DNA from: Owenia fusiformis
Lineage: Eukaryota
Length of the DNA stretch: 64,000 nt
Direction: 5' to 3'
Assembly: GCA_903813345.2 (NCBI GenBank)
Contig: CAIIXF020000001.1
Coordinates: forward strand, 14,384,001 to 14,448,000
The translations under genes and the position numbers were made by a program. The notes beneath the pieces were generated by a model that was given only the letters and a program-made list of their open reading frames with translations, did no database searches and had not been told where the DNA came from. Within the stretch, counting starts at the first letter, position 1; every line of letters starts with the position of its first letter. Of the stretch, positions 51,889 to 64,000 are shown piece after piece.

Positions 51889-52880
51889 GACGTGTATTAG
51901 TGTTTATTGGTTTATGAATAAGCCCTCAACTCATTATCTTATGAAAGGTATTCATTTATCTTTGAATAAGACAAAAATTATTTCAGAGTTACGAAATAGT
52001 TCAAGTATTGACTTTGACACGATTTTTTGTTTAAAACCGAAAAAGGAAGAATAAAAAGGGAATATTGCAAACAGTTCCATAGCCACTATTTTTCAATATA
52101 AAAATAAGAGAAAGTGAGAGTTTCTTTGTATTTGTAATGAAATAGTTTACATAAAGGGAAAATGGACAATATATTCCAAGACAATAATTTTGTCCTCCTG
52201 TTTATGTGACCAGGAACATTTTTGTCTTGCTTATGATAAATCAAAGTCTCTCACGCTTTAGATAAAGAGGTACTCTGATAAACCAGAATGACGATGTTCA
52301 ATTACACGTGTACGTGTTACATTATGAATAATGGAATACGGAGATTGCTGTTCCTCTTCTTTCTTTATGTAAGAACCTAATTACACCTTTTTCCTCATAC
52401 AATTATTGTCAATCGGTCAAGTAAATGACTCGAAGAGGAAAATATTTCAAAACAGGATATTATAAATTTACACGTTTCACGATCACGTTATTCAAAATAG
52501 TGCTACGCCTTCCTCACATCTGGAATACGCTGATCTATTTTCAGGTCAATGCTATCTGATGCAGTGGTTTGGCACCAATCAGATCTGCTTTATTGTATTT
52601 CCACTCTCCTAGATTGATTAATCTTTTTCAAATGGTAATTCGGGAATTACGCTTATCTGAAAACAAATAGAGGATTTGGCTTGTTTTACGGAGATAGTAA
52701 ATTTGGCTATTATATCATCCTTAACGAAAGTCCCTGTTAATCCTACAGCTTGGGGCGACGTATCATTCAATGAATCAAGTGGATAGCAAATCGAGTACTC
52801 TATGGCTTACTCTACCGAGCTGACAGAAGTCGTTCAGTAACCCTTGGCCCTTGGCGCAATATAAACCCATTTAGTGCCTC

Positions 52881-53464
52881 CTAGTTACATATATTGGTTT
52901 GTGAATGTATACTTCCATTAGGTACAATATTAGGGTCTGTAAGACAGTGATACGTCCCCGATACGGTCTGTTTCATTTCATCTAGAAGCTGTTCCAGTTC
53001 AATACCCCCAAGTGGATCTTGGTTTTCATTATCAATCATGCGCAACGACGTGCCGCTGATCTCGCTATTTGATCGGCTATGGCTTCGTGTAGCACCAGGT
53101 TCCTGGCTACTACCGCCCTGGGGACGATTCCTATTGTTATTATCGGGGGAATACCCAACAACCATTGTCACATTTGTATCGGTGTGACTCTTGTTAAATC
53201 TATACGTCACGAACTGGGGACGCTTTCTCCGACGTCGACATGGTTTAAGGATTGTACAAATGAATGCTTGTCGAAATTTGAGCGACATAATGTTATAAAG
53301 GATGGGGTTGATTGTTGAGCTCACATAGTATAGTACGCCTGAGATGTAATAAAGCACCCCTTGGACTTCCATTAGCCGTGGTGTCCAATTACGTACGTAT
53401 ATGACCATTAATCTCTGCGCGTGGAAGGGTGCCCAGCATACAAAGAAGGCGACGACCACCGCAA
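52881..53464 (-). CDS. Terminal exon (TM6, TM7, C-tail) of a rhodopsin-class neuropeptide GPCR, PRXamide (pyrokinin/capa/neuromedin U) receptor family
   Basis: Acceptor CAG at 53467-53465 after a pyrimidine tract, then VAVVVAFFVCWAPFHAQRLM...SGVLYYVSSTINPILYNIMSLKFRQAF. CWAPFHAQRL and NPILYN are diagnostic of this family. Upstream exons were not found in 53.5-64 kb. Confidence 0.85.
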
Positions 53465-54357
53465 CTGAAAATAAAAGATAATCCATAAAAATTATAATGT
53501 AAGTTTTAATGCTCGAGTATATGGTCACTTTATCATGATGTATTTAAGATTAAATCGTTCATCTTAGAATAAGGTAATTGTTTCATGACGTGCGTGAACT
53601 TGGTTAATTGCCCTTGACGATGACAATGCTAGGGTAGAGGGGATAAACAAAATAATAGATGACTTCCATCCCCTTGGGCTTATAAAATGAAAGATCTACG
53701 AAAGAAATCTTCAAGTCCTTGCAAAGAGTGATTACAGATTTTTAAGAGAGGAGCTGATATTTCTTTACCAAACCAAACATATATTCGATATATTACACCT
53801 TGTGTACTAAGTATATGTGCGCTGTGCAAGTGTCCCATTTTTTAAAATCAATGCTGAGCTAGCTTGTGCGGTGTACGTGACGCTCGAGACTTCATCGTCA
53901 AGTTAATAACACCTTGTTCCACATTTTGCTCCCATTTGGATTATGCATCGAACACCTACAACCTGTTGCATGTTGAACCAATAGGAGAGGAAGGTATTAG
54001 CAAGCCACAGTATAAATATTCATTATAAATATCTAACAAGTGTGATTTCTTTTTCAAGAATTCCCTCACGAAACCAAAATAAGATAAGTGCTTTTTTATG
54101 TCTCATCATTAGCTCTGCCTCAAAGACAATGATCTCATTTCAGAATCAAGCATTCTGTCAAACTGTCTCATAATATGACAAATTACAGGAGTTTATGCTG
54201 TATTTTCATTCGATTGCTAGTTAGCCTTGTTGATAGCTTATTGATAGGGAACTAATGGACTTTTTGCGAGAAAGATCTTGTTTTGTTCTTCGAGGCGTCT
54301 GAAGACACGTCACAGTGCGGAACAGACGCTTATCTGTAATGAAGAGTAAGTTCCTAT

Positions 54358-56151
54358 GGCAAAACTGCCCTAATTCACGTCACCATACTAGTCAATGGGC
54401 AAAAGGGCAAACGCCTGACTTTTTATCTCGAGTTATGGATTTATGTGGCCTCACTGGCCTATCTGAGGTTCTAAAGCTATGTCTAAGCTACATCTTGACA
54501 CTAAACTCAATAGGGGCCAATCATCTACTTTTTGAAATAATTGGTCAATTGTGACACTACCCCCTCTCTCTGCAGACACAAATTGAAATTCACAAAAATG
54601 AAGGCAAAATTAATACGCCACTTGACTCGAAATTTTCCTTCAGATAACCCAAATAAACGCATTTTCAGAAGAAATGGCATGTTGCCATTGCAAAAAGATT
54701 ACAACTGTGCCTACATACTAGCTTACTGACTCGTCATGATCACAATTGTGTTGGGACTACATTTATTTTTGAATACTACTTTTTTCTATTCAGCGGAAGT
54801 GACGTATTAGGGCATTTTGGCCTAATAGCCACATGGTTGGATGATTTCTGGCTTTAAATTGCGTTTTTTCCAATTTACTAGAGTTTTTCAAGTAGTTTTG
54901 TGCAGTTTAAGAATATTCTGACAGCAATTATGAAAAATATGGCTACTTCATTACCCCTGGGGTCATTTTTCCAAGAACCCAATGGTTTTCCTTAAATTTG
55001 ACTAGTTTTTCATTTACATCATGAAATCCACTGCCTGATGGTGACATTTTTCAGTATCGTGTCAAGAAATTGAGTATTTTATTGCATATTGCGATTTTTA
55101 GCCAAAATCACTGAACCGTGAACCAGAAAATTGGACAAATTTGGCCCACTTTTTGGCAAAATCTTACTAAAATCATCACTTTTTCATACTTTATTCCATT
55201 CAACAACCTCCTGATTTGAAAAATGATGACAAATTTGATCAGTTTTGACTCTGGCCTAGAGAATTGGGACTTTTGAGATATTTTTAGCTCGAATGTAGTC
55301 ATTCAGAGTGAACAAATACATCAAAAATTGACACTTAACTCACCAATTTCTGACTGCACCCCCGATATGTACCTTCTTTCTATACTGGAAACCATAAGAT
55401 GGAAAATTCAATCTTTATGATGAATAGCAACTCGTTGGCTTCCCCATTTACGACAACAAATGACATTTAGGGGTCACTAAGGACAAAATTGTAGCCAAAT
55501 AACGTCAAAATCAGTGGTTTTTGGGGTAAAAAGCGAAAACGGCTGATTCAGCAAAAACATTAAATTTGTTCATGAAAATTCCCCTTTTTGCCTCCGTCCA
55601 AAATATGTTTCACACTAATAAACTTCAATTCTGGGCGATTCTGAGTAGTTTTAAAAAATTTTGGTCACTTTTACATGTGACTAATAGGCAAAACTGCCCT
55701 AATTCACGTCACCATACTAGTCAATGGGCAAAAGGGCAAACGCCTGACTTTTTATCTCGAGTTATGGATTTATGTGGCCTCACTGGCCTATCTGAGGTTC
55801 TAAAGCTATGTCTAAGCTACATCTTGACACTAAACTCAATAGGGGCCAATCATCTACTTTTTGAAATAATTGGTCAATTGTGACACTACCCCCTCTCTCT
55901 GCAGACACAAATTGAAATTCACAAAAATGAAGGCAAAATTAATACGCCACTTGACTCGAAATTTTCCTTCAGATAACCCAAATAAACGCATTTTCAGAAG
56001 AAATGGCATGTTGCCATTGCAAAAAGATTACAACTGTGCCTACATACTAGCTTACTGACTCGTCATGATCACAATTGTGTTGGGACTACATTTATTTTTG
56101 AATACTACTTTTTTCTATTCAGCGGAAGTGACGTATTAGGGCATTTTGGCC
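54358..56151. mobile_element. Composite element: two apparently identical 465-bp MITEs in direct orientation (54358-54822, 55687-56151) flanking an 864-bp element
   Basis: Each copy has TIRs GGCAAAACTGCCCTAATTCACGTCAC / GTGACGTATTAGGGCATTTTGGCC. The ORF track gives identical peptides for both copies. Both outer flanks read TAT. Confidence 0.85.
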
Positions 56152-57820
56152 TATGTCAGACCTAAAGGTCAAATGTGAATGACCTTGACTTTCAAAAATA
56201 GTAGCTATAGTTGAACGTGAATAACAACAACGACAAGGACTATGTAGTAGACAAGTTAACCAACGTTCTAAAATATTGCCCTAATTTAAGTTTCTTTGCC
56301 AACGACATTCTACGTCACGCTATTAATTTTAAAAATCCGAACAGTTTTGACATTATTTCATGATAATGTTTCAAAGGTTATATTTTATATTCCATCCAGT
56401 CAATAAAAAATGGAAAGCGTCTGTAAATTATTTAAAAGATAATATAGATATGCTGTAGATCTATAAACAAATAAGTATTACAGTTTTGTTTAGTATTAAC
56501 ATTTATAGTATTAACAATAATAATTCCAGCATTTCATGATACAATTTTACCTTTAATAGCCACCGCTGCAAACAGGTGAACTATATTTATAGAAAAATAT
56601 CAACATGACCGGTGCAATATTTCAGAATCGTCAACACAACAACATATACTTTTTGGACATCCTAGACTAATATCATCAGGGGAACGACAATATATCCTGG
56701 TTCAAATAACAGCCAAGGAGATCATTTTGCACATTATATTAAAATAAACAATACATGAGTTTTTACATTTGTTTTTAGTAAGAATCAACATAGTAAAGCT
56801 AGAATATTGCAAAAACTCAAAAGTAGAACTCCACAATTCAATGGATATTTTACACCAAAAAGTAAATTAACGTGAATTGCTCTAGCTATTCGCTATGAAC
56901 CTTTCACATTCGTTTGGCCCGGCTTCTTTAAATATAGCTTTATTCCATCATGCATGCAATTTTGAAAATCGACATTCCCATGTTCAGTAGATAATTGTAT
57001 TTGGTCACTTTATCTTACATAAATCAATGTGTTTCTTTAGACAACATGGCAAATATCCTTTCATATTCTCAGAAACAAAGACATAATCATAGCTTCGAAA
57101 AGACAATCCAATATATTTAGAATAAACAGCAAGTAAATATCAAACAATTCATGTATCCTCCGCAATGGGGTTTGGATTTCAAACAGACAGTACTACGTGA
57201 ATATTTTTTTGGGCTACACCCAAGTGATAGAGTTTGATCTTAGATGAACTAAGGATCATGGTACAGTGTGAAATATTGTTCCCACTCTAATTAGAAAACA
57301 TGTGAGCTGTGAAACACGCCTTAATATAGATTACCCGAGAACATAAGACGTGACGGACTTTAGTAACGTGTCCTGTTCGCACAAACGCCAAATCAATTAT
57401 AGATGACCTTAGAGAAGAAATGATAGGAAGGAATTCAGACTCTACTTATCTATTAACATGATTGAAAGCTTAATGATACACGTACCTGCTATTATTGTTG
57501 CAGTATCCTTCAATTAGGATCGAGTTACACTAAGACTCTTAAAATAAATGGGCGTGCAGGCAATTCAGACCGTTTTTGAAGAAATGTTCGAACATTAAGT
57601 AAAAAATCATTTATAACGTCCTAGAAATAAATGGCCGGATTAGCGTAATGAACTGAATGTGTCGCATTGTATAACAGCGTGACTGAGATAAACGCCTATA
57701 CAGAGAGAGTTTGTTGAATTTGAACAAAGTCAAATTTATGAAAATTCAAATTCTTGACTATCTTGCAAAAAAGAAATAAATGAACGTACAAATAACCATC
57801 TGCAACGTGTCACGAATCAT

Positions 57821-57926
57821 TAGGGAGTTTACGCTTGCAACGTGAACGGAAAATATTTAAGCGATGCATTTGTATGGGCGATTGGTCGTTGGCGTTTCGA
57901 TTTTATATGCAAGCTTAAACTCCCTA
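57821..57926. mobile_element. Small MITE
   Basis: TAGGGAGTTTACGCTTGCA ... TGCAAGCTTAAACTCCCTA. Confidence 0.7.
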
Positions 57927-60900
57927 TTATATTGCCGACCACGTAAATACAAATCGATTCCAAATATCTAGTAAGCCATATTCTCTAAGATTTGTTTCAT
58001 GTTCCTCCTATTGTTGCGATGAACCTTTGTCTTGATTTTGTTGTAATGTCATCTTAACTTAGGATATGCCATGAGCGTACTCTCCCTTTCCATATAAAGG
58101 TAATGACTAGCCATTATGATGTAACAAATGGCCATGTAAGCTATTATACACCTTTGATAACACGAAAAACGTTTTACCATTTACGATGAGAGAGTATGTT
58201 TCGTGCTTAAGATTGATGTTATACTTATTTTTCCGTGAAGTCAAAATGGAAAGAAAAAGCCTGGGAGCCAACAGAAAGATTGATAATGCATATTTGTATT
58301 GGATAACGTAATACCTTACGCGTAGGTGCTTTTAGGTAACACATCATGTACGTTATTTTTATGCGCAACATATCAAAATTTCTCGCAATTCTTGTAAATT
58401 GAGAACTTGTATATTGACGGTTCTCCCGGGATCACAGGGTGGTAGTTTTCCTACGCTCGCCGCAGAAATTCACTGATTTAATTGATCTGTGGTCGACGCA
58501 CGGCTGCCGTACGACGAATGTGTGTTAGGTAACTCTAGATCTTGTGACCAGAATTTAATCCCCAGTCCCAATAACATAATAATGATTTACCTGATTACAC
58601 AATAGGATCAGTTGACTGACGATATTTCAAAACTTGGCACAAAGGCCTTTCACCCATGCGCGAAAAAACAATGATTATTCAGTGGTCCATTACGCGAAAA
58701 AACAGTGATTATTCAGTGGTCCATTATCAGATATGAACAGATGACATTCCATTGGAAAGAGGAGACAAATGGCTTCATGGTAAATCAAATAAAATTGATG
58801 TTATTATCACTACTTTTGTGGTTTAACAATGTTTTTGCTTGTTGCATTTTTATTGGGACGCACTGTAGAGCTGCACAATAAATGATGACGTAATCAAGCT
58901 TCATATAAGTTATACGTTATTTAAATATCTTAACGTTTTACAAGGGTCAATTTGTCTCTTCTGTTTGTGTAAGTCGGTAATATGGATTGTCACCTTGACA
59001 ACCATACAATACTTGACATTTGACCTGCATAAGTACGTAGTTTTTTATTCCATATGATGCTATTTATAAAGTTTTACTCAAATATGAACTTATCAGCTTA
59101 TCGGGTTCATTAGTTTCAATATAATAGCATGAAGTTATTTGAAATAGCGTGTTAGGATTGGCTGGAATCGGACACACCTTACCTAGCTATGTCTGAAAGG
59201 GGAATAATAAACATGTTATAACTGAGATGTGAAATCTCTCTAGATGTAGATATTAAATGTTCATGGAAAAAACGATTGGGAGGGGGTCAGTACTCCCCGA
59301 AGGTCATAATATTTTACTTTCACGTAAAAACGTGAGCATGTCAATGTTTCAATCAGAGTAATGTTCCTTAATTATATTAGTCTGGACGATCACAAATTTG
59401 ATGACTTTCTAAAATCTCCAAACATAAACAAGTGAGTGACGTAGTGACGCCAGGTGATCGTGAAAATGGGACGGAGGGGGGTGGGGCAGTCAAATTTTGC
59501 TAGAAAATTCAAGAAAAACAGTCTACACACGACCTGTAATAAATACTTAAAGTCAAATCACATCTCTCATCTTACATACATATTGCTCCATCCACCCTCC
59601 GTCACCTCTCCCCTCCGCCCCATTTCAATTGTTTTCGATTATGTTTTATATAATGTTTGGAAACTTATTCTATTTAATCAGCAATGACATTAATTTAGTT
59701 ATGATAACGTCACTTACAAGTTTTTATTACAGGTCGTGGAGACCATTGTTGCTTGATATATAGCAAAAACATTGGCATTTTCACGTTAGCGACGCTGCGC
59801 CTTTTTTAATAGATCTTATATCTTAGAAACCCATTAGTTCAAAAATCCTAGAAGACCTAACATGTTTCCCCGTGTCTGCACGGGCGTAATTTTACATCTG
59901 CACGAGCGTAATTAACGCCTACACATCCGTAAACAACCCCTGAATACTCTGGGCGGGTAAGCCAACCATAGCTAATTATTAAATGTAGTATGAGGTCCTA
60001 GGGTCAAACGTATGAGACACTCCCTATGTATATCTTGTCCTTTAGAAAAGCTCATTGCAATTCCAGGGCTTTAGGTCAACTTGACTTTCTAATATATTTT
60101 TATAGCTTACAAAATGCCTTTTAATGACGAAAAGAGTTCTTATATAAAACTGTATAATCATGATTCTCCATTAATGACATTAATGTAGTTAGGGGGATAA
60201 ACTGATGAATTCTAAGAGAAAACCTTACAAAAATAGTTGCATGGAACTAATCTTATTCGGATCCATGTATAGAATTATTCAATTAGAACATACGTCATTC
60301 AAATCCATGATAAGCCCCAGGCCGTAAACAAAGCCCCAGACCGTAAACAAAGTAAAGTCCACGTATTTAGGGATCGATTTTCATGGTGAGGAATTCGATT
60401 TGAATTATAGGTCAAAACCATGATTATTTCGAGTCCTTTTTATAAAAATAACAAACAGGAAATAATGAGTAACACATGTCAAATGATTATTCATGTTTCT
60501 ACCTTATTTTGCCCTGAAAATGTTTGAGATGAAACTTAACTCCAAAATACACATACTATGATAATATAAATATTTTGAGGGTGTTTTGATTTTGAATCTT
60601 CATTTAATAGGGCAAATACTATCACTGGTTTTTGAGCGTAAAAAGTCCAATCATTCTGGTTTGGTAGAGCACTGACTTTACACTAGCGACGATTAAAAAA
60701 ATCATCAAAGTCCAAAACCAAATTTCCGAAATGCCGATACTTTCGATTGGCATACTTAAGGAGGGGAGTGAAGGGATATTTTGCAACCTGCTGCGTTATT
60801 TGATTCTTGTCATCCGAAATAAATACAATGTTTGAACACGTTCCTCTGGGCGATCCTAGACACTATTACGTGAAGAGTGACGACACACTATTGAGCAGGT

Positions 60901-62582
60901 GTATTAGTCGGTTATACACTTATTAAAAAGTCAATGTAAGGAAGAAATTAGCTAAAATGGCCTTTGGGCTATCAATAAAGCAGTTTCATTTTGAATTAGC
61001 CTAGATGTATCTTATATCTTTAATAAATCATGAACATGCTTATATTGTGCAGTACTTCATATAAATTACAATATTTCGTGATAGGTTAAGTTCTACTATT
61101 CAGTGATTAGCCGTATCGCAGATTGATTCACTGCTAATGACTACTGATCTTTACTATTAGTCCAAGAGGACGTAATGTATCATTAAAAGTTGTTTCTAGT
61201 CTTTAAAAAGCTAACCGACAATATTGTTTTCGAATGACAAACATGCAAAAATAACACCTGCATGGATGCTTGTATCTATGAGTATTCTGTTAGTGATTTT
61301 ACAGATCTGATGCATAAGTGATCTTACTGACCTCAAAAGCAACTTCCATGGTAGCTATTCATTTTATTGGCGTGTCCTTATATCTAAATATGAAATGATG
61401 TAAGTTAATTATGGGTAGATAACAGTCCATTTGCTCATATTCCGATTGGGCAATCATTTTGGTTTATAATTCGGATTAGATATATCTGAATTATTTCTCA
61501 TTAAAAAAATGTTGAACAAGCCAACATCTTGCAAAAAGCTCACTTGAAACTAGTAAATGATTTCAGCTGTCAAATACGTAAACGAATACACACCGTCATC
61601 GAATTAAGATAATAAGTCGTTTGGGATTCAATTATTAAATTTACAGTACTCAAAGAGAATACTGATGATAAGGTGAACTTATGGTGCGTTAAAAAAGATA
61701 AGTACTGTGATCCATTTATTGCTTATTCTTATATTTTCACTGTCGCCCACAACATGCACAATACAAGTATAAAAGTTGTTCGAAGCGAATTTTACTTCAT
61801 TAAAGAAATTAAGCACATGATTCAATGCTTTGCCCAAATCCAATAGGTTAATGTTTAATGATGGTATATAATATAATTTAGTGAGCATCACTCACAAAGC
61901 ATTATCAAGAGTTATGTGCTTATATTAATCCTAGGACATTGTTACAGAAATGTAGATATAAAAATATCTAGAAATTAGACCACATCTCTCTGAAACGACA
62001 ACAGTTTGCTCAAATTTTACCATCCTCGTGTTGTACCTACCCTTTGCATTCGTTTGACTTCACTTCTTAAAAGAGTGTAGTTTAACTAGACTCTGCACGC
62101 AGGGTATGTTGTACCTTAACCCGCGCGTTCAACTGCCACACTTAATTTGGTACGTGCCCTGCCTTAACACAGATTCGAGATGAGAATAGATTTTAACGGA
62201 TGTTGCTTAAAATAGTTATAATGTAGTTACTAACGTCAGGGACTCCTATTGTGACGGACAAGAGGCACAAAGGTATTAACAAGAATGACTAGCTGAGAAT
62301 AATTAATTACCCAGTGCATATTTTGTTTAATATAGACATAAAGAGCCATGGAAGGCCGATATATAATCATTTTTCCTTTACAAACATATTACAGATTGTA
62401 ATGGATATTATTTCAATAATTTACCAGTAAATAATGTAGAAATTACACACTAACGTGATAACTCAAAGAAAATGTCATATTAATTAAGAGCTATGAGGCT
62501 TTTACGATGTATAGTAAAGAAAACATTTTGTCAAACGAACGAATTGAATATCTGTAATTTCATGACATATACAAGTTGTATA

Positions 62583-63427
62583 CAGTGCGCCCCTAAAAAA
62601 ACGTAACAAGCAAAAACATGGTAAAATCACAAAACTAGTTATAATGACATCAATTTCATTTAGTTTACCATGAAGCCTCCTCTTTCCAATGATATGCCAT
62701 TTGTTCATATGCGATCATACACCACTGAATAATCATTGTTTCTTCGCGCATGGGTGAAAAGGCCTCTGAGCCAAGTTGTTAATATCCCCAATCAACTGAT
62801 CCTTATTGTGCAATCAGGTAAATCATTATGTAATTGGGGCTGGGAATTAAATTCTGATCAAAAGACTTACATAACACTTGTTTCAGATTTTGATTGGATT
62901 GACATAACAAACATGGAAAAAGAAGTGGCATTAACAGTAGTCAGTTAAGTCCCAATCATTGTCATCTAATGAAAGATTACTTTCCATGCCCATTCACATG
63001 GCCACCATTTCTCTACACACAGATTTGCTCGTCTCTCTATGTAAGGGGCACCTCTGAATCATCTGTGGACTCTGGCAGAGAGCAGCAACCTCATTGGTAA
63101 TTCTCTGTTAACTGTTGCAATGTCTAAAACTTGGTCCAGAGCAGATTTTGGCCCGTTATGCAAAAGGAATGATTATTCAGGGGTCTGTGGTCGTATATGA
63201 ATAAATGACATACCATTGGAAAGTGTAGACATGTGGATTCATGGTAAACTAAACAAAATTGATGTAATCATCACTGGTTTTGTCATCATGATAAACCATG
63301 CCATCTCAAATCTTCTCAGCCCTGAGATGTTTCAGGTGAAACAGAAAGATGCTATGAGTATCAGAATGGGTTTTGTGGTTTATACAATGTTTTTATTTGT
63401 TGCGTTTTTTGTTTTTGGGACGCACTG
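62583..63427. mobile_element. Tc1/mariner MITE; one-ended inverted partial copy at about 58538-58865
   Basis: TA|CAGTGCGCCCC ... GGGACGCACTG|TA with about 160-bp degenerate TIRs. 58538-58865 matches the reverse complement of about 62583-62865. Confidence 0.8.
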
Positions 63428-63500
63428 TATAAATGTAGAGTTGATTTGATATTTGTTTTTCTCAATTAAAGAATTAGCTCTTTAAAGATTACAACATGTA

Positions 63501-64000
63501 ATGATTCAAAATGAACGTTTTATTTTGACAAACATTTACGGGCCGACAATTGATCAAGAGAAATTACCCTTTTGGACTAATATTGCCCAAAAGATTGAAA
63601 ACCCGACACGAGAAAATACACGTTTAATAATAGGAGGAGACTTTAATGTCATATTTGACGAAAATCTTGACAGAAAGGGCGGGAATCATAAAGTAAACAA
63701 ACCTGTAATAGACTTTTTTAATGAGTTCAAATTGAATTTAGATTTAATTGATATTTATAGGGTTCGTAATCCAGACGTAAAAAGATTTACATGGCGACAA
63801 AAAAAACTAGCAATAATGAGTAGACTGGATATATGGTTATGTTCGGATGACCTTCAAAATGATATTGAAAAGGTGGATATTGACACTGGTATTCTTTCTG
63901 ATCACTCTCCAATAACTCTTAATTTAAATAATCTTCATATCAAAAGAGGTCCAAGTCATTGGAGATATAATAACAGCCTATCAAAAGATAAAGATTTTGA
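63501..64000 (+). mobile_element. L1/Tx1-clade LINE ORF2 endonuclease domain, running off the window
   Basis: Uninterrupted frame: ILTNIYGP...LIIGGDFNVIFDENLDRKGG...LIDIYRVRNPDVKRFTWRQ...SRLDIWLCS...ILSDHSPITL...RGPSHWRYNNSL (APE-type motifs GDFN, RLD, SDH). Confidence 0.92.

Noticed and set aside
53465..53528. N-terminal part of the 215-aa GPCR ORF
   Set aside because: Intronic read-through upstream of the acceptor at 53465.
54358..56151. LTR retrotransposon or TRIM
   Set aside because: The repeats lack TG...CA ends, I saw no PBS or polypurine tract, and each repeat has its own TIRs. The duplicated 62-79 aa ORFs are incidental.

Overview
AT-rich, intron-containing metazoan genomic DNA, probably a lophotrochozoan or mollusc judging from its repeat families (inference); it is not prokaryotic. 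Reading splice sites and frames by hand gives five genes. (1) First coding exon of a PDE9-like cGMP phosphodiesterase (minus, 3840-3927; the rest lies left of the window). (2) A complete 17-exon CCDC50-like ubiquitin-binding adaptor (minus, 9632-25315, about 580 aa, ending in CKQQ). (3) A complete 7-exon SCO1 copper chaperone (plus, 25537-30195, about 291 aa), head-to-head with CCDC50 across a 221-bp NRF1/ETS promoter. (4) A ZDHHC22-like palmitoyltransferase with a single coding exon (minus, 32141-33259). (5) The last exon of a PRXamide-type (pyrokinin/capa/neuromedin-U) GPCR (minus, 52881-53464). The rest is dense with non-autonomous DNA transposons, Helentron-like HINEs, two LINE pieces, SINE heads and minisatellites. 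The most unusual items are a composite A-B-A element (two apparently identical 465-bp MITEs bracketing a third TIR element), an antisense 28S rRNA hairpin with an A-rich tail just after the SCO1 stop, the CaaX-type tail and expanded MIU array of CCDC50, and a foldback element carrying YY1/ETS sites in SCO1 intron 1. No wholly new multi-gene system can be demonstrated from the sequence alone.
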